Assembly (NCBI GenBank): GCA_002269645.1
Contig: NIVC01000610.1
Span: 62,001 to 126,000, forward strand
Origin: Macrostomum lignano
Lineage: Eukaryota
DNA: 64,000 bases
Reading direction: 5' to 3'
Shown here piece after piece: positions 24,373 to 37,923 of this stretch; within the stretch, counting starts at the first letter, position 1; every line of letters begins with the position of its first letter. Made by a program: the position numbers and the translations under genes. The notes beneath the pieces were generated by a model, which saw only the letters and a list, made by a program, of their open reading frames with translations, was not told the origin of the DNA and did no database searches.

Positions 24373-24386
24373 GTTGTCAAGACAAA
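24373..24386. promoter_or_regulatory. Possible RFX X-box (GTTGTCAAGACAAA) between the divergent annexin-fusion and CFAP107 genes
   Basis: Two mismatches to GTHNYYATRRNAAC; about 107 bp upstream of the CFAP107 ATG. Confidence 0.3.
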
Positions 24387-24492
24387 GTACAAGACAATTT
24401 TTAAAAATGAGTTAACAAACATTTATAACTTATCCTATAGATAATTTTGAGTTTTAGAGTTTTCAAGACACTTCTGGTAGTGAATGCAATAA

Positions 24493-25122
24493 ATGGACCA
24501 TGGAGCATCAAACTGGGACGTTTCAAAACGTTATAAAACAGACGTTCTAGTCGGAAATTGGTTTGAAGAACGACTAGTGTACGATAGAAAGAACCATACG
24601 CATCCATCGAGCTACAGCATCGACTTTCAACAAAGGGGATACCAGCAGCCAGATGTTGTGCTTCGAAGGAACGGCTGGATTCGCTCTAACGGAGTAGGCA
24701 AGGAAATACTGCTAGCCCATCACGGCGATGCCTACAAGAAAAACTGGATCACTTGGTACGACGAGGACTTCAACGGTCGAGGCTTGCCTAGGAACCCCCC
24801 GCTGCGCGACTGGCACTCAGGCAACATGGCCTGGAGCCCGGAGCGCTCAGACTTCCCCGTCCAGGGCAGCCCGACCAACTGGGGCTTGAAGGAAAGACTA
24901 GACAAGCGATGGAATACCAGTCTACAGGAGCGCTCGACCACGTCAAAGAATGATTTCAGTACTACGTACAACGCGTCATATCTGAAGCCGAGAACGGAGG
25001 ACCTGCTGGCTGCACGACAGCCGAGCTTCCTGCCACCAATCAGCGGGAGGATGCCGGCAAACACCGGCAGTCAGGACAAGTTCGAGGAGCCGGCCCAGAA
25101 GCTGTCGGTCGTGGCCACCTAG
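24493..25122 (+). CDS. CFAP107: CFAP107/C1orf158-like ciliary microtubule inner protein, 209 aa, single exon
   Basis: Uninterrupted ORF with family motifs W..SKRYKTDVLVGNWFEER, LLAHHG, ITWYDEDFN, PPLRDW...AWSPERSDFP...PTNWGL. Confidence 0.85.
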   Translation: MDHGASNWDVSKRYKTDVLVGNWFEERLVYDRKNHTHPSSYSIDFQQRGYQQPDVVLRRNGWIRSNGVGKEILLAHHGDAYKKNWITWYDEDFNGRGLPRNPPLRDWHSGNMAWSPERSDFPVQGSPTNWGLKERLDKRWNTSLQERSTTSKNDFSTTYNASYLKPRTEDLLAARQPSFLPPISGRMPANTGSQDKFEEPAQKLSVVAT

Positions 25123-25496
25123 ACAGCCGCGGTTCTTATACTTTAGCTTGTACAATACCGAACAATCAGCAGCCCTTTGCTATTTGGCCTAATCTTTTTG
25201 ACAGACTTTTCGCAAATGGATATCGAATTTCTGAACGGCAACAAACAGAGAAAAACGTTTTATTTTCACTATTGAACTCTGGCCAAGTACTGCGTGCGAA
25301 TCAAATTCAGTTCTTTATGTATAGTAGATGGCTAAGTGTGAAACGTCACTGCCAGGACCTAGTGCATGTATACGCTTCAACATGAGAACTTGTTACTCGT
25401 AACAGTTTGTGCGGCACAGATAGCAAATATATATTCAAAAGCTCACTCATGCTGCCTTCCTTAGATTATTTATACGCTCGTATTTTCTTGTAGCAC

Positions 25497-25901
25497 TTGA
25501 AGCAGTGAAATGGATGGATGAAGCACTTGAAGCAGTGATATGGATAGATGAAGCAGTGAAATGGATCGATGAAGCACTGATATGGATGGATGAAGCAGTG
25601 AAATGGATGGATGAAGCAGTGATATGGATGGATGAAGCAGTGAAATGGATGGATGAAGCAGTGATATGGATGGATGAAGCAGTGAAATGGATGAATGAAG
25701 CAGTGAAATGGATGGAGGAAGCAGTGAAATGGATGGAGGAAGCAGTGAAATGGATGAATGAAGCAGTGAAATGGATGGAGGAAGCAGTGAAATGGATGGA
25801 TGAAGCAGTGATATGGATGGATGAAGCAGTGAAATGGATGGATGAAGCAGTGAAATGGATGAATGAAGCAGTGAAATGGATGAATGAAGCAGTGAAATGG
25901 A
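25497..25901. repeat. 21-bp minisatellite (GAAGCAGTGAAATGGATGGAT), about 19 copies
   Basis: Direct tandem repetition. Confidence 0.93.
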
Positions 25902-26756
25902 ACTATTAAAACACTATGTATAGATATAATGGATGGATTAAGTGTACGACGTAGATAAATGTGACTTCATTTTGAAAATAAAATAGCAATAACTCCATTT
26001 GTTTAATGTTACTGTGCAAAATCTAGATAGATCGAAAATCTGGTTTATTAATTTAAGCCACAAATTAAAGGCACATTAAAAAATTAAACAATCAAGTTGT
26101 CAAGTGTTAGCAAAAAATACAATAAGAATTCCAGCAGAAGTACAAGTCGCCTTTGCGGAAATAAAATTGTCAGTTAATACGTAATTCTAAGATCCGTTGA
26201 TGGCTTTAGCAGTAATATATATAAGTAGTTTAGCAGGCGTTTCATCAGTAGCAAGTAGCGATCATGGACAACTGAAGTAGGACGCTGCAGTTGATTTTCT
26301 AAGATATGATCTGAAAGGTTCCAGATCATTTCTAAGAAAATGGAGAACAATGTCCTTTTGCTTCAGCTGTCTATGGTAGAGATAATCTGGATAAAAAACA
26401 AGCAAAGCAAAGAAGCTCTAAAAGCGGTTGATGTTCGTCCCTCTTGCCCCTTGTGCCCTTCCCGACCCTTGGCCTGGCCTCCAATATAGAGCTGGATAGG
26501 TGACACCCTTGAGGCTTGCAGCCCTATAGGTTTTGCGGTTGCCTGACAGGAGACTCGCCCTCGAAACAAGCCTTCCAGACTCGCTCCAAAATTAAGCCAT
26601 TTCCGAGACTTCTGGGTCCCCCGCTCTCGGACCGCTTTTTAGTAGTATCCCAAACATTTTCGAAATTCTTTTTTTTCGCGCACTCCCGGACTTGTCCGCT
26701 GGGTGGCGGCTTGGGTGAACTCGGTCCTAGCACTGTCCCTGATTCCACTTTTGTGT

Positions 26757-27398
26757 TAGCGGTGTCTTAGTCCATAGGTTTGGTTGGCGGTGTCTTAGTC
26801 CATAAGTTTGGGTTGGCGGTGTCTTAGTCCATAGGTTTGGGTTGGCGGTGTCTTAGTCCATAGGTTTGGGTTGGCGGTGTCTTAGTCCATAGGTTTGGGT
26901 TGGCGGTGTCTTAGTCCATAAGTTTGGGTTGGCGGGTGTCTTAGTCCATAGGTTTGGGTTGGCGGTGTCTTAGTCCATAAGTTTGGGTTGGCGGTGTCTT
27001 AGTCCATATGTTTGGGTTGGCGGTGTCTTAGTCCATAAGTTTGGGTTGGCGGTGTCTTAGTCCATAGGTTTGGGTTGGCGGTGTCTTAGTCCATAAGTTT
27101 GGGTTGGCGGTGTCTTAGTCCATAAGTTTGGGTTGGCGGTGTCTTAGTCCATAGGTTTGGGTTGGCGGTGTCTTAGTCCATAGGTTTGGGTTGGCGGTGT
27201 CTTAGTCCATAGGTTTGGGTTGGCGGTGTCTTAGTCCATATGTTTGGGTTGGCGGTGTCTTAGTCCATAAGTTTGGGTTGGCGGTGTCTTAGTCCATAGG
27301 TTTGGGTTGGCGGTGTCTTAGTCCATAAGTTTGGGTTGGCGGTGTCTTAGTCCATAAGTTTGGGTTGGCGGTGTCTTAGTCCATAGGTTTGGGTTGGC
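26757..27398. repeat. 29-bp minisatellite (GGTGTCTTAGTCCATAGGTTTGGGTTGGC), about 22 copies
   Basis: Period 29 (e.g. 26821 and 26850). Confidence 0.95.
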
Positions 27399-27630
27399 AG
27401 ATTCCCCTGGCCCAGACGCCAGGGTCCAATCTCGGGGTATCTCGGGCTATATGCCCCTGGTAGTGCCCCTCAGCGGCAGAGCTCCTCCCAGTGCTGATCC
27501 GCAGGTAGCTCCCGGCTTCCCACCCCGTTTAACAACAACAAAAGCGAATTGAGTCCGACCAATTATAACCTCCAATATTTTAAAGCAATCACAGCTTCCA
27601 GCATAGTAGTTGATAGTTGATGGAGCTGCC

Positions 27631-30600
27631 TCACACAGCCTCTGTGCCGCTCACCGCCGCAGCGTCAAAGCCGCTGTGCTGCCGTCGCACCAGCGGGCGG
27701 TTCGCTTCGTCAGCTTGAACCCCCGAGGGGCCGCTGCCGCGGCCACCACCGCTGCCTCCTTCGGCGAGCCTGGCTGACCGGATCCGGGCAAACTTGATTT
27801 CCTCTTGCTGAAATTGGCGGGAGATGATGAGCGATCGAATTGTGGTCGGAAGTTTGGGGAGAATTGTTTTGGAATTTTTTTAATATTGACTGGTTAATGG
27901 GAACTAGTTGTGACCTGATTATAAACTAGTTGTGACCTTTGTGAACTAGTTGTGACGTTTGTCAACTAGTTGTGACCTTTGTGAATTAGTTGTGACCTTT
28001 GTGAATTAGTTGTGACCTTTGTGAACTAGTTGTTACCTTTTTCAACTAGTTGTGACCTTTGTGAACTAGTTGTTACCTTTGTCAACTAGTTGTTACCTTT
28101 GTCAACTAGTTGTTACCTTTGTCAACTAGTTGTGACCTTTGTGAACTAGTTGTAAACTAGTTGTGAACTATTTGTGAACTATTTGTGAACTATTTGTGAA
28201 CTAGTTGTGAACTAGTTGTGAACTAGTTGTGAACTAGTTTTGAACTAGTTGTGACCTGGTTGTGAAATAGTTGTGACTTAGTTGTGAACTAGTTAATTTG
28301 TAGTTTCAGAAAGTTTTTAAGACAAATTAGAGCCATTAGGGATTATTTTAGATTAATATTTTAAGCACTGATTACTTTAGAATTTACTAAATTTTAAATT
28401 TAGCAACTTATGATTACCTCATTAAGCTGTTTGAGTCTCTGATCCCCGATCTCCTTCCTGGCAATTGCCAGAGTTCGATAATAGTGAATGGCCATTCTGC
28501 AATTTCAAAGCCAAGAAGAGATCTGCACTAAGGATCTGCACTTTTCAATTCAAAAATGGAATTTTAAAGAAGAAATACTCGTATCTTGCCTACTTACAGT
28601 AGCGAGATGATCACCACAAATAGAAAGCTGGCCGAGCTGAGATAGTCGATCAGGTGCCGGCCATCAGAGCTAAAGCCGGCCACCACATCCTTGATGGGCT
28701 GGTAGGCCGTGCCGCCGTGCGGAATGGGAACAGCCCTTTGATGTGGAGATCCTGGGAGGGCGAAAGTGAAGGCCAATGAAACCCTACTCCTGTCACCCTG
28801 GTCACTCTGGTCACTCTGGTCACTCTGGTCACTCTGTTCACTCTGGTCACTCTGGTCACTCTGGTCACTCTGGTCACTCTGGTCACTCTGGTCACTCTGG
28901 TCACTCTGGTCACTCTGGCCACTCTGGCCACTCTGGTCACTCTGGTCACTCTGGTCACTCTGGTCACTCTGGTCACTCTGGTCACTCTGGTCACTCTGGT
29001 CACTCTGGTCACTCTGGTCACTCTGGTCACTCTGGTCACTCTGGTCACTCTAGTCACTCTAGTCACTCTAGTCACTCTAGTCACTCTTGTCACTCCGACA
29101 GAGCTCAACTCACGAAACGATGGCGTATCCTATTGGGAGGAGGCAGACAAAGTAGGCCAAGAAGAGGGTGACCATGAAGAAGACGGTTGCGCTGGAGTTC
29201 TTCATGGGTCGGTCCGGCGGCTTGTACGAGAAATGGCAGGAGAACTGGCAGAGAAGAAGCAGGCGATTTTCACAAATATGACGCAAATTTCGAAAAAAAT
29301 GGCATCGATTCCGAAAGTGGCACCTAAATTTTCTTTAAAATGGCACCCGTTTCCTAAAAATGGCACCGGTTTCCTAAAAATGGCACCGGTTTCCTAAAAA
29401 AAGGGCACCGGTTTCCTAACGATGGCAACGGTTTCCTAAAAATGGCACCGGTTTCCTAAAAATAACACCGGTTTCCTAAAAATGGCACCGGTTTCCTAAA
29501 AATAACACCAGTTTCCGAAAAAACGGCAGGTTTCCTAAAAATGGCATTGGTTTCCTAACGATGGCACCGGTTTCCGAAAACGGCACCGGTTTCCTAAAAA
29601 TGGCACCGGTTTCCTAAAAATGGCACCGGTTTCCTAAAAATGGCCCCGCTTTCCTAAAAATGGCACCGGTTTCCTAAAAAGGGCACCGGTTTCCTAACGA
29701 TGGCACTAGTTTCCTGAAAATGGCACCGGTTTCCTACAAACGGCACTAGTTTCCTAAAAGGGCAACGGTTTCCTAACCATGGCACCGGTTTCCTAAAAAG
29801 GGCAGGTTTCCTAAAAATGGCACTAGTTTCCTAAAAATGGCACTAGGTTCCTAAAAAGGGCAGGTTTCCTAAAAATGGCACTGGTTTCCTAAAATGGCAC
29901 CGGTTTCCTAAAAAGGGCAGGTTTCCTAAAAATGGCACCGGTTTCCTAAAAAGGGCAGGTTTCCTTAAAAGGGCAGGTTTCCTAAAAAGGGCAGGTTTCC
30001 TAAAAAATGGCACTAGTTTCCTGAAAATGGCACCGGTTTCCTAAAAAGGGCACTAGTTTCCTAAAAGGGCAACGGTTTCCTAAAAATGGCACTAGGTTCC
30101 TAAAAAGGGCAGGTTTCCTAAAAATGGCACTGGTTTCCTAAAATGGCACCGGTTTCCTAAAAAGGGCAGGTTTCCTAAAAATGGCACCGGTTTCCTAAAA
30201 AGGGCAGGTTTCCTTAAAAGGGCAGGTTTCCTAAAAAGGGCAGGTTTCCTAAAAAATGGCACTAGTTTCCTGAAAATGGCACCGGTTTCCTAAAAAGGGC
30301 AGGTTTCCTAAAGATGGCAACGGTTTCCTAAAGATGGCACCGGTTTCTTAAAAAGGCATCAAGGTTTTTAATGGCTCTGGTTTCTGAACAATAATTCATT
30401 TGTAGCAACAAAACATAATAGAATTTGGAGTTTCTGCCGATCAGCTCACCTTCCTCAGGTAGAAGAGCAGGAAGAGCACCACGGAGTTCATCACGGGCAG
30501 GAAGGGGCAGAACAGCATGCCGAACCAGACAATCACCTGGGCGTACAGGACATCGAGCACAGAGTCGGAAATGTTAAACTCAGGCGGTCCAATCAGCTTG

Positions 30601-33600
30601 GCGGCTTTGCATTGGCATTTGCGAGCGATTAGGGACCTGTTTGTGAGGCGAGGGTTTGTCTTTGATCACCTGGCTTGCTAAATCACGTGTGCTGGATTCT
30701 GGATGATGCAATAATCCACTAGAGCTAGAGAGATGAGACATTATATAGAAATACTTTGAGCTTGGATGCAAAATTTGAGATTGATTTTAGAGAATAGAGA
30801 TTAATAAGGATGGGAGATAACAGACGAGAGATAAGAGATAAGAGATTGAGATTAGATTAGAGATGAGAGATTATAGAGATTGAGATTAGAGATTAGAAAT
30901 CAGAGTCTAGAAATCATAGATTAGAGACAATAGACAAGAGATTGAAATTGAGATTAGATTAGAGATTAGAAATCAGAGATCAGAGATTAGAGATAAGAGA
31001 TTATAGACTGCATGTAGAGATTGAAAATAGAAAATTGGAGATTGGAGATTAAAAAGTGGAACTTTGAGAGTGAAGGAGAAAATAAGAATTAGAGAGTAGA
31101 GATTAAAGATCAGAGACTATAGATAAATTATTACAGATTAGAGATTGAAGATTGGAAATTGGGAAGATTACAAGAAGATTAAACAAAGTAAAAAAGCTCG
31201 AAAAAGCGAACCTGGGCAGCTCAACAACGAAGCACACGACCAGCTGTACGGCAAAGAAGGTGATCTCCAGCTTGTAGAAGGCCTGACCAACGTAGGCCTC
31301 CCAGCAGTGCACAGCGGAGCACCGGGGCGCCACCCCAACTCCGCAGGTGTCCTTGGTGTCGCAGGTGATTATGGAATAAATCGAAATAACCAGAACGGTT
31401 AAACTGGCCAACCTGAGAAAGATGCAGCGGCCCAACGTCACAGCCAGCTCAGTGTCCGGGGTGTACTCTTCAAGGCGAGCCAGCAGCTGGAACAGGATCG
31501 GCAGGATCGCCACCAGCAGCGAGATGATCACCATAGGCAGGTACTGGTAGGCCAGGTAGGCGAAGCTGCTCGTGTCCACCCCGGCAGCCGTGGTGTACTC
31601 GGCCGAAACCTTCTGGGCCTGGTAGATGGCAAAGCCGGCGCCGCACAGCAGGCCGAGAACCAGGATGTTCACCAGGACTCGCTTGGCAATCAGGCTGCAG
31701 CCGCCGCATCTGCCAGCTTCCAGCCGTCGCTGCAACAGTCGGTGAAGATCGAGTTCGGCGACCAGGTTGTTGCGAAGGAGCTGTTTGGCCAGGTTGGCAG
31801 TCTTGGAGTCGCTCAGGCCGAAGTCCCAGGCCGAGAGGATGAGCGGCGAGAACCGGGTGGACTTGGACGACACTGACGGCTGGGCGCGCTGGAGCAGCAC
31901 CTCCTTGAAGGCGGCGCCAGTTCTGATAGTTGAGGGCGTTTGAGAGGCGAGTGTGAGGATCTTCGGTGGGCGACGGGGCAGATGGGATTATTGCGAAGGG
32001 ATAATCAGGGAAAAAATCAGGAAGGGATAATCAGGTAGGGATAATCAGGGAGGGATAATCAGGTAGGGATAATCAGGGAGGGATAAATCAGGGAGGGATA
32101 ATCAGGTAGGGATAATCAGGGAGGGATAATCAGGTAGGGATAATCAGGGAGGGATAAATCAGGGAGGGATAATCAGGTAGGGATAATCAGGGAGGGATAA
32201 TAAGGGAACGGATAATCAGGGAGGGATAATCAGGTAGGGATAATCAGGTAGGGATAATCAGGGAGGGATAATAAGGGAACGGATAATCAGGGAGGGATAA
32301 TCAGGTAGGGATAATCAGGTAGGGATAATCAGGGAGGGATAATAAGGGAACGGATAATCAGGGAGGGATAATCAGGTAGGGATAATCAGGGAGGGATAAT
32401 CAGGGAGGGATAATAAGGGAACGGATAATCAGGGAGGGATAATCAGGTAGGGATAATCAGGGAGGGATAATCAGGGAGGGATAATAAGGGAACGGATAAT
32501 CAGGGAGGGATAATAAGGGAGAGATAATCAGGTAGGGATAATCAGGGAGGGATAATCAGGTAGGGATAATCAGGTAGGGATAATCAGGGAGGGATAATAA
32601 CGGAACGGATAATCAGGGAGGGACAATCAGGGAGGCACAGTGAGGGAGCTAATGTCAAGCTCATCTCCATCTATAAAGGCGCAGGAGACGGAGTCAAGAG
32701 TCTGCAGGCCGAAACCTCAGCCAAGCAGAAGCAATACGCATGTAGAATTGCACCTTTCGAGCATGAACAACATGCTGATGAAAAAGGCGGCTCCAGTGAC
32801 GGCGAGGTAAGCCACGGGCATGTTGTAACTCAATGCTCCAATGCTTAGCGCGGTGGGGAAATAGTAGCCTACGAACAGGATAGTGTTCTCCAGAATGCCC
32901 TGCAGAGAATTAATAGGTAATACTTCTTTGTAAATCAGCTCTCAATGCCAATGCCAGAAAATATTTTTGTTTTATTAATTTATTTCTTGGAATGGTAACA
33001 ATTAGTTTAGGTACAAATAATGTCGAAGAAATTGATACATTTGTTTAAAATGCACAACTAAATTTCTACATGTCTATATTTTACGCTCGAACTTTTTATT
33101 AAAGAAACAAAAAACTGTTTTAAAACCTTTTTAACAAAGGTTTCGACATTTTTAGTTGTATTCTAGGTATTTTTGAGTTAAGCAAAGCATGTAACAAATA
33201 TGAAAAGTACATAAATAACGTGGACATCTTTTTAATCTCTAATATATCCAATACAAAATTTAACAAAAAATTGACACTCAAAACATCAGCTTGCAACATT
33301 AAGTCCTTTGTTTATGAGCGTAAGCATTCTTCTACAAATATATTTGCATTTGAATAAATTAAATCTAGAATTTAAAATTGCAGACCTGTGACTGATACTC
33401 TTAAGCACTCATTTACTTACACGGAACCACATTAATAATTTTGCGCTATTTTCACGGAACGGAAACACAAAAATCTATACCATCTATTAAAAATATTCCT
33501 TATAGACATTATATTTTTGTTTAACTATAATGTTGAATTATGTTATATTATATTAATATTAATATTTCATTATTAATTGTCTTATCTAGCATACTTTTCA

Positions 33601-36600
33601 CATGACATGTAGGTCCTAGATAGATAGAGACGAACCATTTTTAGTATAGTGGACATACGATATTTTACTTTACCATTATACAATATTAGTTACTATTATA
33701 GTTTATAATGCAATAACTATACGCTTCCGAAAAAATACCGCAAAATTAATTGCGCAAAACGGTCCGTGTAAATAACAAGTGCCTTATATCTGATCTTAGT
33801 ATAATGGGTTTTGTTTTATTTTTGTTACTTATGTTTACTTTTTAGTCTTTTTTGTTTTCAAACAATATTATAAACTTCTTTAAATACTTGTTTCAAATTA
33901 TTATTGTCTATTGTGTATTTCAATAACGCAATTACATTATAGTAACTTATAGATTAGAATTTACCGTTTTGTCACTTTAATAGACGAAATGTAAAGTAAG
34001 GCTTAAAAATTCAAATAATCTATTTTTAAAATTCAAATAATCTATTTTTAAAATTCAAATATTCTGTTTTTAAAATTCAAAAAACCTATTTTAAAAATTC
34101 CACTGCCTAATTTTTGATAGCCGAATAAAATATTCCCTGGAAATAATTCTCAAACTCAATGTTTCCAAATTCATAGAAAACGCTCGGAACTCACCGTGCC
34201 CTGAATGACGTCCAGAAACCTGGCCAATGAAGCACCTGAACTGATCACCGAGCTCAAATTCGCCGCATAGATTTCTGAGCACAGTCCACTCGCATTGGTC
34301 TTTTCCGAACTCATCAGGCTGGCCAGCATGCTGCTGTACTGCCCAGAACCCGCCGCCTGCGGTGCAATCACGAACAAGCCAAGCAGAATTGACAGGATTA
34401 TGTTTAGGGCGAACAGGGACTTCAGGAATACGAAGAATGACAGCACGCCGCTGCCGTACATGCCTGTAGACGGCCGTGTGGGGTATCAGGATGTGAGATT
34501 TGGTATCCTTCCTCTCTGATCCTCCCTGATCCTCTCTGATCCTCACTGATCCTCTCTGATCCTCTCTGATCCTCTCTGATCCTCTCTGATCCTCTCTGAT
34601 CCTCTCTGATCCTCACTGATCCTCTCTGATCCTCTCTGATCCTCTCTGATCCTCTCTGATCCTCTCTGATCCTCTCTGATCCTCTCTGATCCTCTCTGAT
34701 CCTCTCTGATCCTCACTGATCCTCTCTGATCCTCTCTGATCCTCTCTGATCCTCACTGATCCTCACTGATCCTCTCTGATCCTCTCTGATCCTCTCTGAT
34801 CCTCTCTGATCCTCTCTGATCCTCTCTGATCCTCTCTGATCCTCTCTGATCCTTTATATGATCCTTTCTGATCCTCTTTAATGATTTTTGTCCTCTCTGG
34901 TCGAGGCCTAATAATGTTTTTTAACCTTCCAAAGTCCGCAGCGACTTCTGCCACAATGGTATTTCACACCAGCCGCGGGAGCAGCAGCTGCCAGACTGCG
35001 AAAACGAGAAGCAGCTCTGAAACAGGCATAGAATCTTACTTACTGAGTCATACGAAAAAGTACTTTCTAAGAAACCAGTCGAAATTTAAATTGGTGCCAA
35101 ACCTCGTCCTGCTGCCGCTGGTGCCCAACACCGATTGAGTTGGTAGCGCGGGCGACGGCATCCCTTGAGAATTAAGAATAAAAAAGTCAGAGTTTGGTTG
35201 CAGATTGTGCATAGTTAACACATTGCTATCGTGTTCAATTTGTCACACAAACTGGCACTCTAAAATTCTGAAATGGCAAGCCTGTCAATCTTGACTGGCC
35301 CAAGCTATTATTCTGATAATTCTAGTGTCACGCATAATCAGCTAGTCTACCTGTACACATTAATCACTAAATGCCACCCTGACAGTGATATACTCTGACA
35401 CAGTCCTCTGACACAGTCCTCTGACACTGTCACTCTAGTCACTCTAGTAACTCTAGTAACTCTAGTAACTCTAAGTCACTCTGGTCACTCTAGTCACTCT
35501 AGTCACTCTGGTCACTCTAGTCACTCTAGTCACTCTAGTCACTCTAGTCACTCTAGTCACTCTAGTCACTCTAGTCACTCTAGTCACTCTAGTCACTCTA
35601 GTCACTCTAGTCACTCTAGTCACTCTAGTCACTCTAGTCACTCTAGTCACTCTAGTCACTCTAGTCACTCTAGTCACTCTAGTCACTCTAGTCACTCTAG
35701 TCACTCTAGTCACTCTAGTCACTCTAGTCACTCTAGTCACTCTAGTCACTCTAGTCACTCTAGTCACTCTAGTCACTCTAGTCACTCTAGTCATTCTAGT
35801 CACTCTAGTCACTCTAGTCACTCTAGTCACTCTAGTCACTCTAGTCACTCTAGTCACTCTAGTCACTCTAGTCACTCTAGTCACTCTAGTCACTCTAGTC
35901 ACTCTAGTCACTCTAGTCACTCTAGTCACTCTAGTCACTCTAGTCACTCTAGTCACTCTAGTCACTCTAGTCACTCTAGTCACTCTAGTCACTCTAGTCA
36001 CTCTAGTCACTCTAGTCACTCTAGTCACTCTAGTCACTCTAGTCACTCTAGTCACTCTAGTCACTCTAGTCACTCTAGTCACTCTAGTCACTCTGGTCAC
36101 TCTGGTCACTCTGGTCACTCTGGTCACTCTGGTCACTCTGGTCACTCTGGTCACTCTGGTCACTCTGGTCACTCTAGTCACTCTAGTCACTCTAGTCACT
36201 CTAGTCACTCTAGTCACTCTAGTCACTCTAGTCACTCTAGTCACTCTAGTCACTCTAGTCACTCTGGTCACTCTGGTCACTCTGGTCACTCTGGTCACTC
36301 TGGTCACTCTGGTCACTCTGGTCACTCTGGTCACTCTGGTCACTCTGGTCACTCTGGTCACTCTGGTCACTCTGGTCACTCTGGTCACTCTAGTCACTCT
36401 AGTCACTCTAGTTCACTCTGGTCTCTCTGGTCACTCTGGTCACTCTGGTCACTCTAGTCACTCTAGTCACTCTAGTTCACTCTGGTCTCTCTGGTCACTC
36501 TGGTCACTCTGGTCACTCTAGTCACTCTAGTCACTCTAGTTCACTCTAGTTCACTCTGGTCTCTCTGGTCACTCTGGTCACTCTGGTCACACAGCTCACC

Positions 36601-36826
36601 GAATTCGCCGTTTCACCGCCAGCGGGACCCCGGCCGCAGCCCGGACAGCGGCCGGAGCGCCAGTGGCCGAGGCATCCCGCAGCAGCATCCGGTAGACGGG
36701 CTGGTACTTCGGCTCGATCCCGAAGGCGGGGTCGGCTGCCACGGCGGCATTTTCGGCCGGCTGAGGTGCAACAGCATGGCGGCTGCTGTTGAGCGTCAGC
36801 ATGCTGAGCATTGGTTGTCGCTTCAT
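27631..36826 (-). CDS. TMC: Transmembrane channel-like (TMC) protein, probably TMC4-8/TMC7-like, about 753 aa, 11 exons, with an apparent frameshift in exon 9
   Basis: Exons 36826-36600, 35163-35076, 35016-34926, 34463-34195, 32899-32754, 31922-31212, 30636-30450, 29244-29114, 28751-28598, 28496-28418 and 27807-27631, all GT-AG. Motifs LWQKSLRTLEGMYGSGVLSFFVFL, GILENTILFVGYY, CWEAYVGQAFYKL (TMC signature) and PEFNISDSVLDVLYAQVIVWFGMLFCPFLP. Exon 9 needs +2 nt to keep phase. Confidence 0.9.
27895..28292. repeat. AACTAGTTGTG-based minisatellite (20-bp units grading into 11-bp units) in TMC intron 10
   Basis: Direct tandem repetition. Confidence 0.9.
28790..29094. repeat. 9-bp satellite GTCACTCT[G/A] filling TMC intron 8
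   Basis: About 33 units; same family as 35424-36590. Confidence 0.95.
29335..30358. repeat. Variable 17-20-bp minisatellite (GGCACCGGTTTCCTAAAAAT) in TMC intron 7
   Basis: Tandem units with an invariant GTTTCC core. Confidence 0.93.
30775..31150. repeat. Degenerate GAGATTA-rich repeat in TMC intron 6
   Basis: Recurrent GAGATTAGA motif; reverse complement of the TCTAATCTC repeats at 51865 and 62866. Confidence 0.75.
31998..32632. repeat. 14/15-bp minisatellite GGGATAATCAGG(TA/GAG) in TMC intron 5
   Basis: Direct tandem repetition. Confidence 0.93.
34510..34878. repeat. 10-bp satellite TGATCCTCTC in TMC intron 3
   Basis: About 35 tandem units. Confidence 0.95.
35424..36590. repeat. 9-bp satellite GTCACTCT[A/G] in TMC intron 1, about 125 units
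   Basis: Direct tandem repetition with alternating blocks of A and G variants. Confidence 0.96.
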
Positions 36827-37384
36827 CTTCGGAAAATTTCAAGTCGGAAGATCTCAACGCTGAACCAAGCGGCCGTGTGGCGCATGCATGTAGATGTGTA
36901 ATGATATAGGAAGGCTAGCGAGAGCTAAAGTTGATCAATACGATTGTGGGACCCTGAGCAGCAACTCGCCATTGGCTGAGAGCTCTCTCATTAGAATACC
37001 TGTGCCCCCCTCCCTGCACTCTGTTTACTCACTTTAGCTCTGTCTGAAAAGTTTGTCCGAGCTATAGAGAAATGTACGAGCAAATTTATGTAATCAAAAG
37101 TCTGCATGCTGGCTCTGTGGGGCTCCATAGGAATTGCGCCGCAGATTGGCACCGCAAGCCGTCTTGAGGAAAGATTGACTGAATTATTTTTTTAAGTGCA
37201 CATTTTCTAAGCGCTCACTATGCAAACTATGAAAATATCTATGATGCATGCGAAAAGTCCGTTTAGTATGTAAATTCAATGGCTATATCCACACGCACAA
37301 AATTAATATATTGAAGAATGATGTACTATGTAGGCAAGAATGCTATCAGTTTTAGAAAAACTCTCGACAATTTTCATTTAACTT

Positions 37385-37724
<340 letters not shown>

Positions 37725-37909
37725 TAACAGAGCATTTTGCTTCAAATTGCACGTTGGAATCCCTAAAAGAAAATTTCTTTCTCACCCCAGCTGCCCGGTG
37801 TATTGATTGGTTAACTTTTCATTCCCTGCTTAGTTCAGCTCAGCTTCTTTTGTACTCAAGCCACAGCAAGCCCTTGCTCAGCCATTGTTGTGCTCAACAC
37901 AGTCGCCCA

Positions 37910-37923
37910 GTCGCCATGGAGAC
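37910..37923. promoter_or_regulatory. Candidate RFX X-box GTCGCCATGGAGAC upstream of TMC
   Basis: Near-palindromic, one mismatch to GTHNYYATRRNAAC; about 1.08 kb 5' of the TMC ATG. Confidence 0.45.

Noticed and set aside
25505-25909. 134-aa ORF of MDEAVKW repeats
   Set aside because: It is a 21-bp satellite whose variants are non-synonymous, with no flanking coding context.
26100-27560. GC-rich unique sequence around the 29-bp array that could be a retroelement remnant
   Set aside because: No identifiable transposase/RT motif, terminal repeats or target-site duplication.
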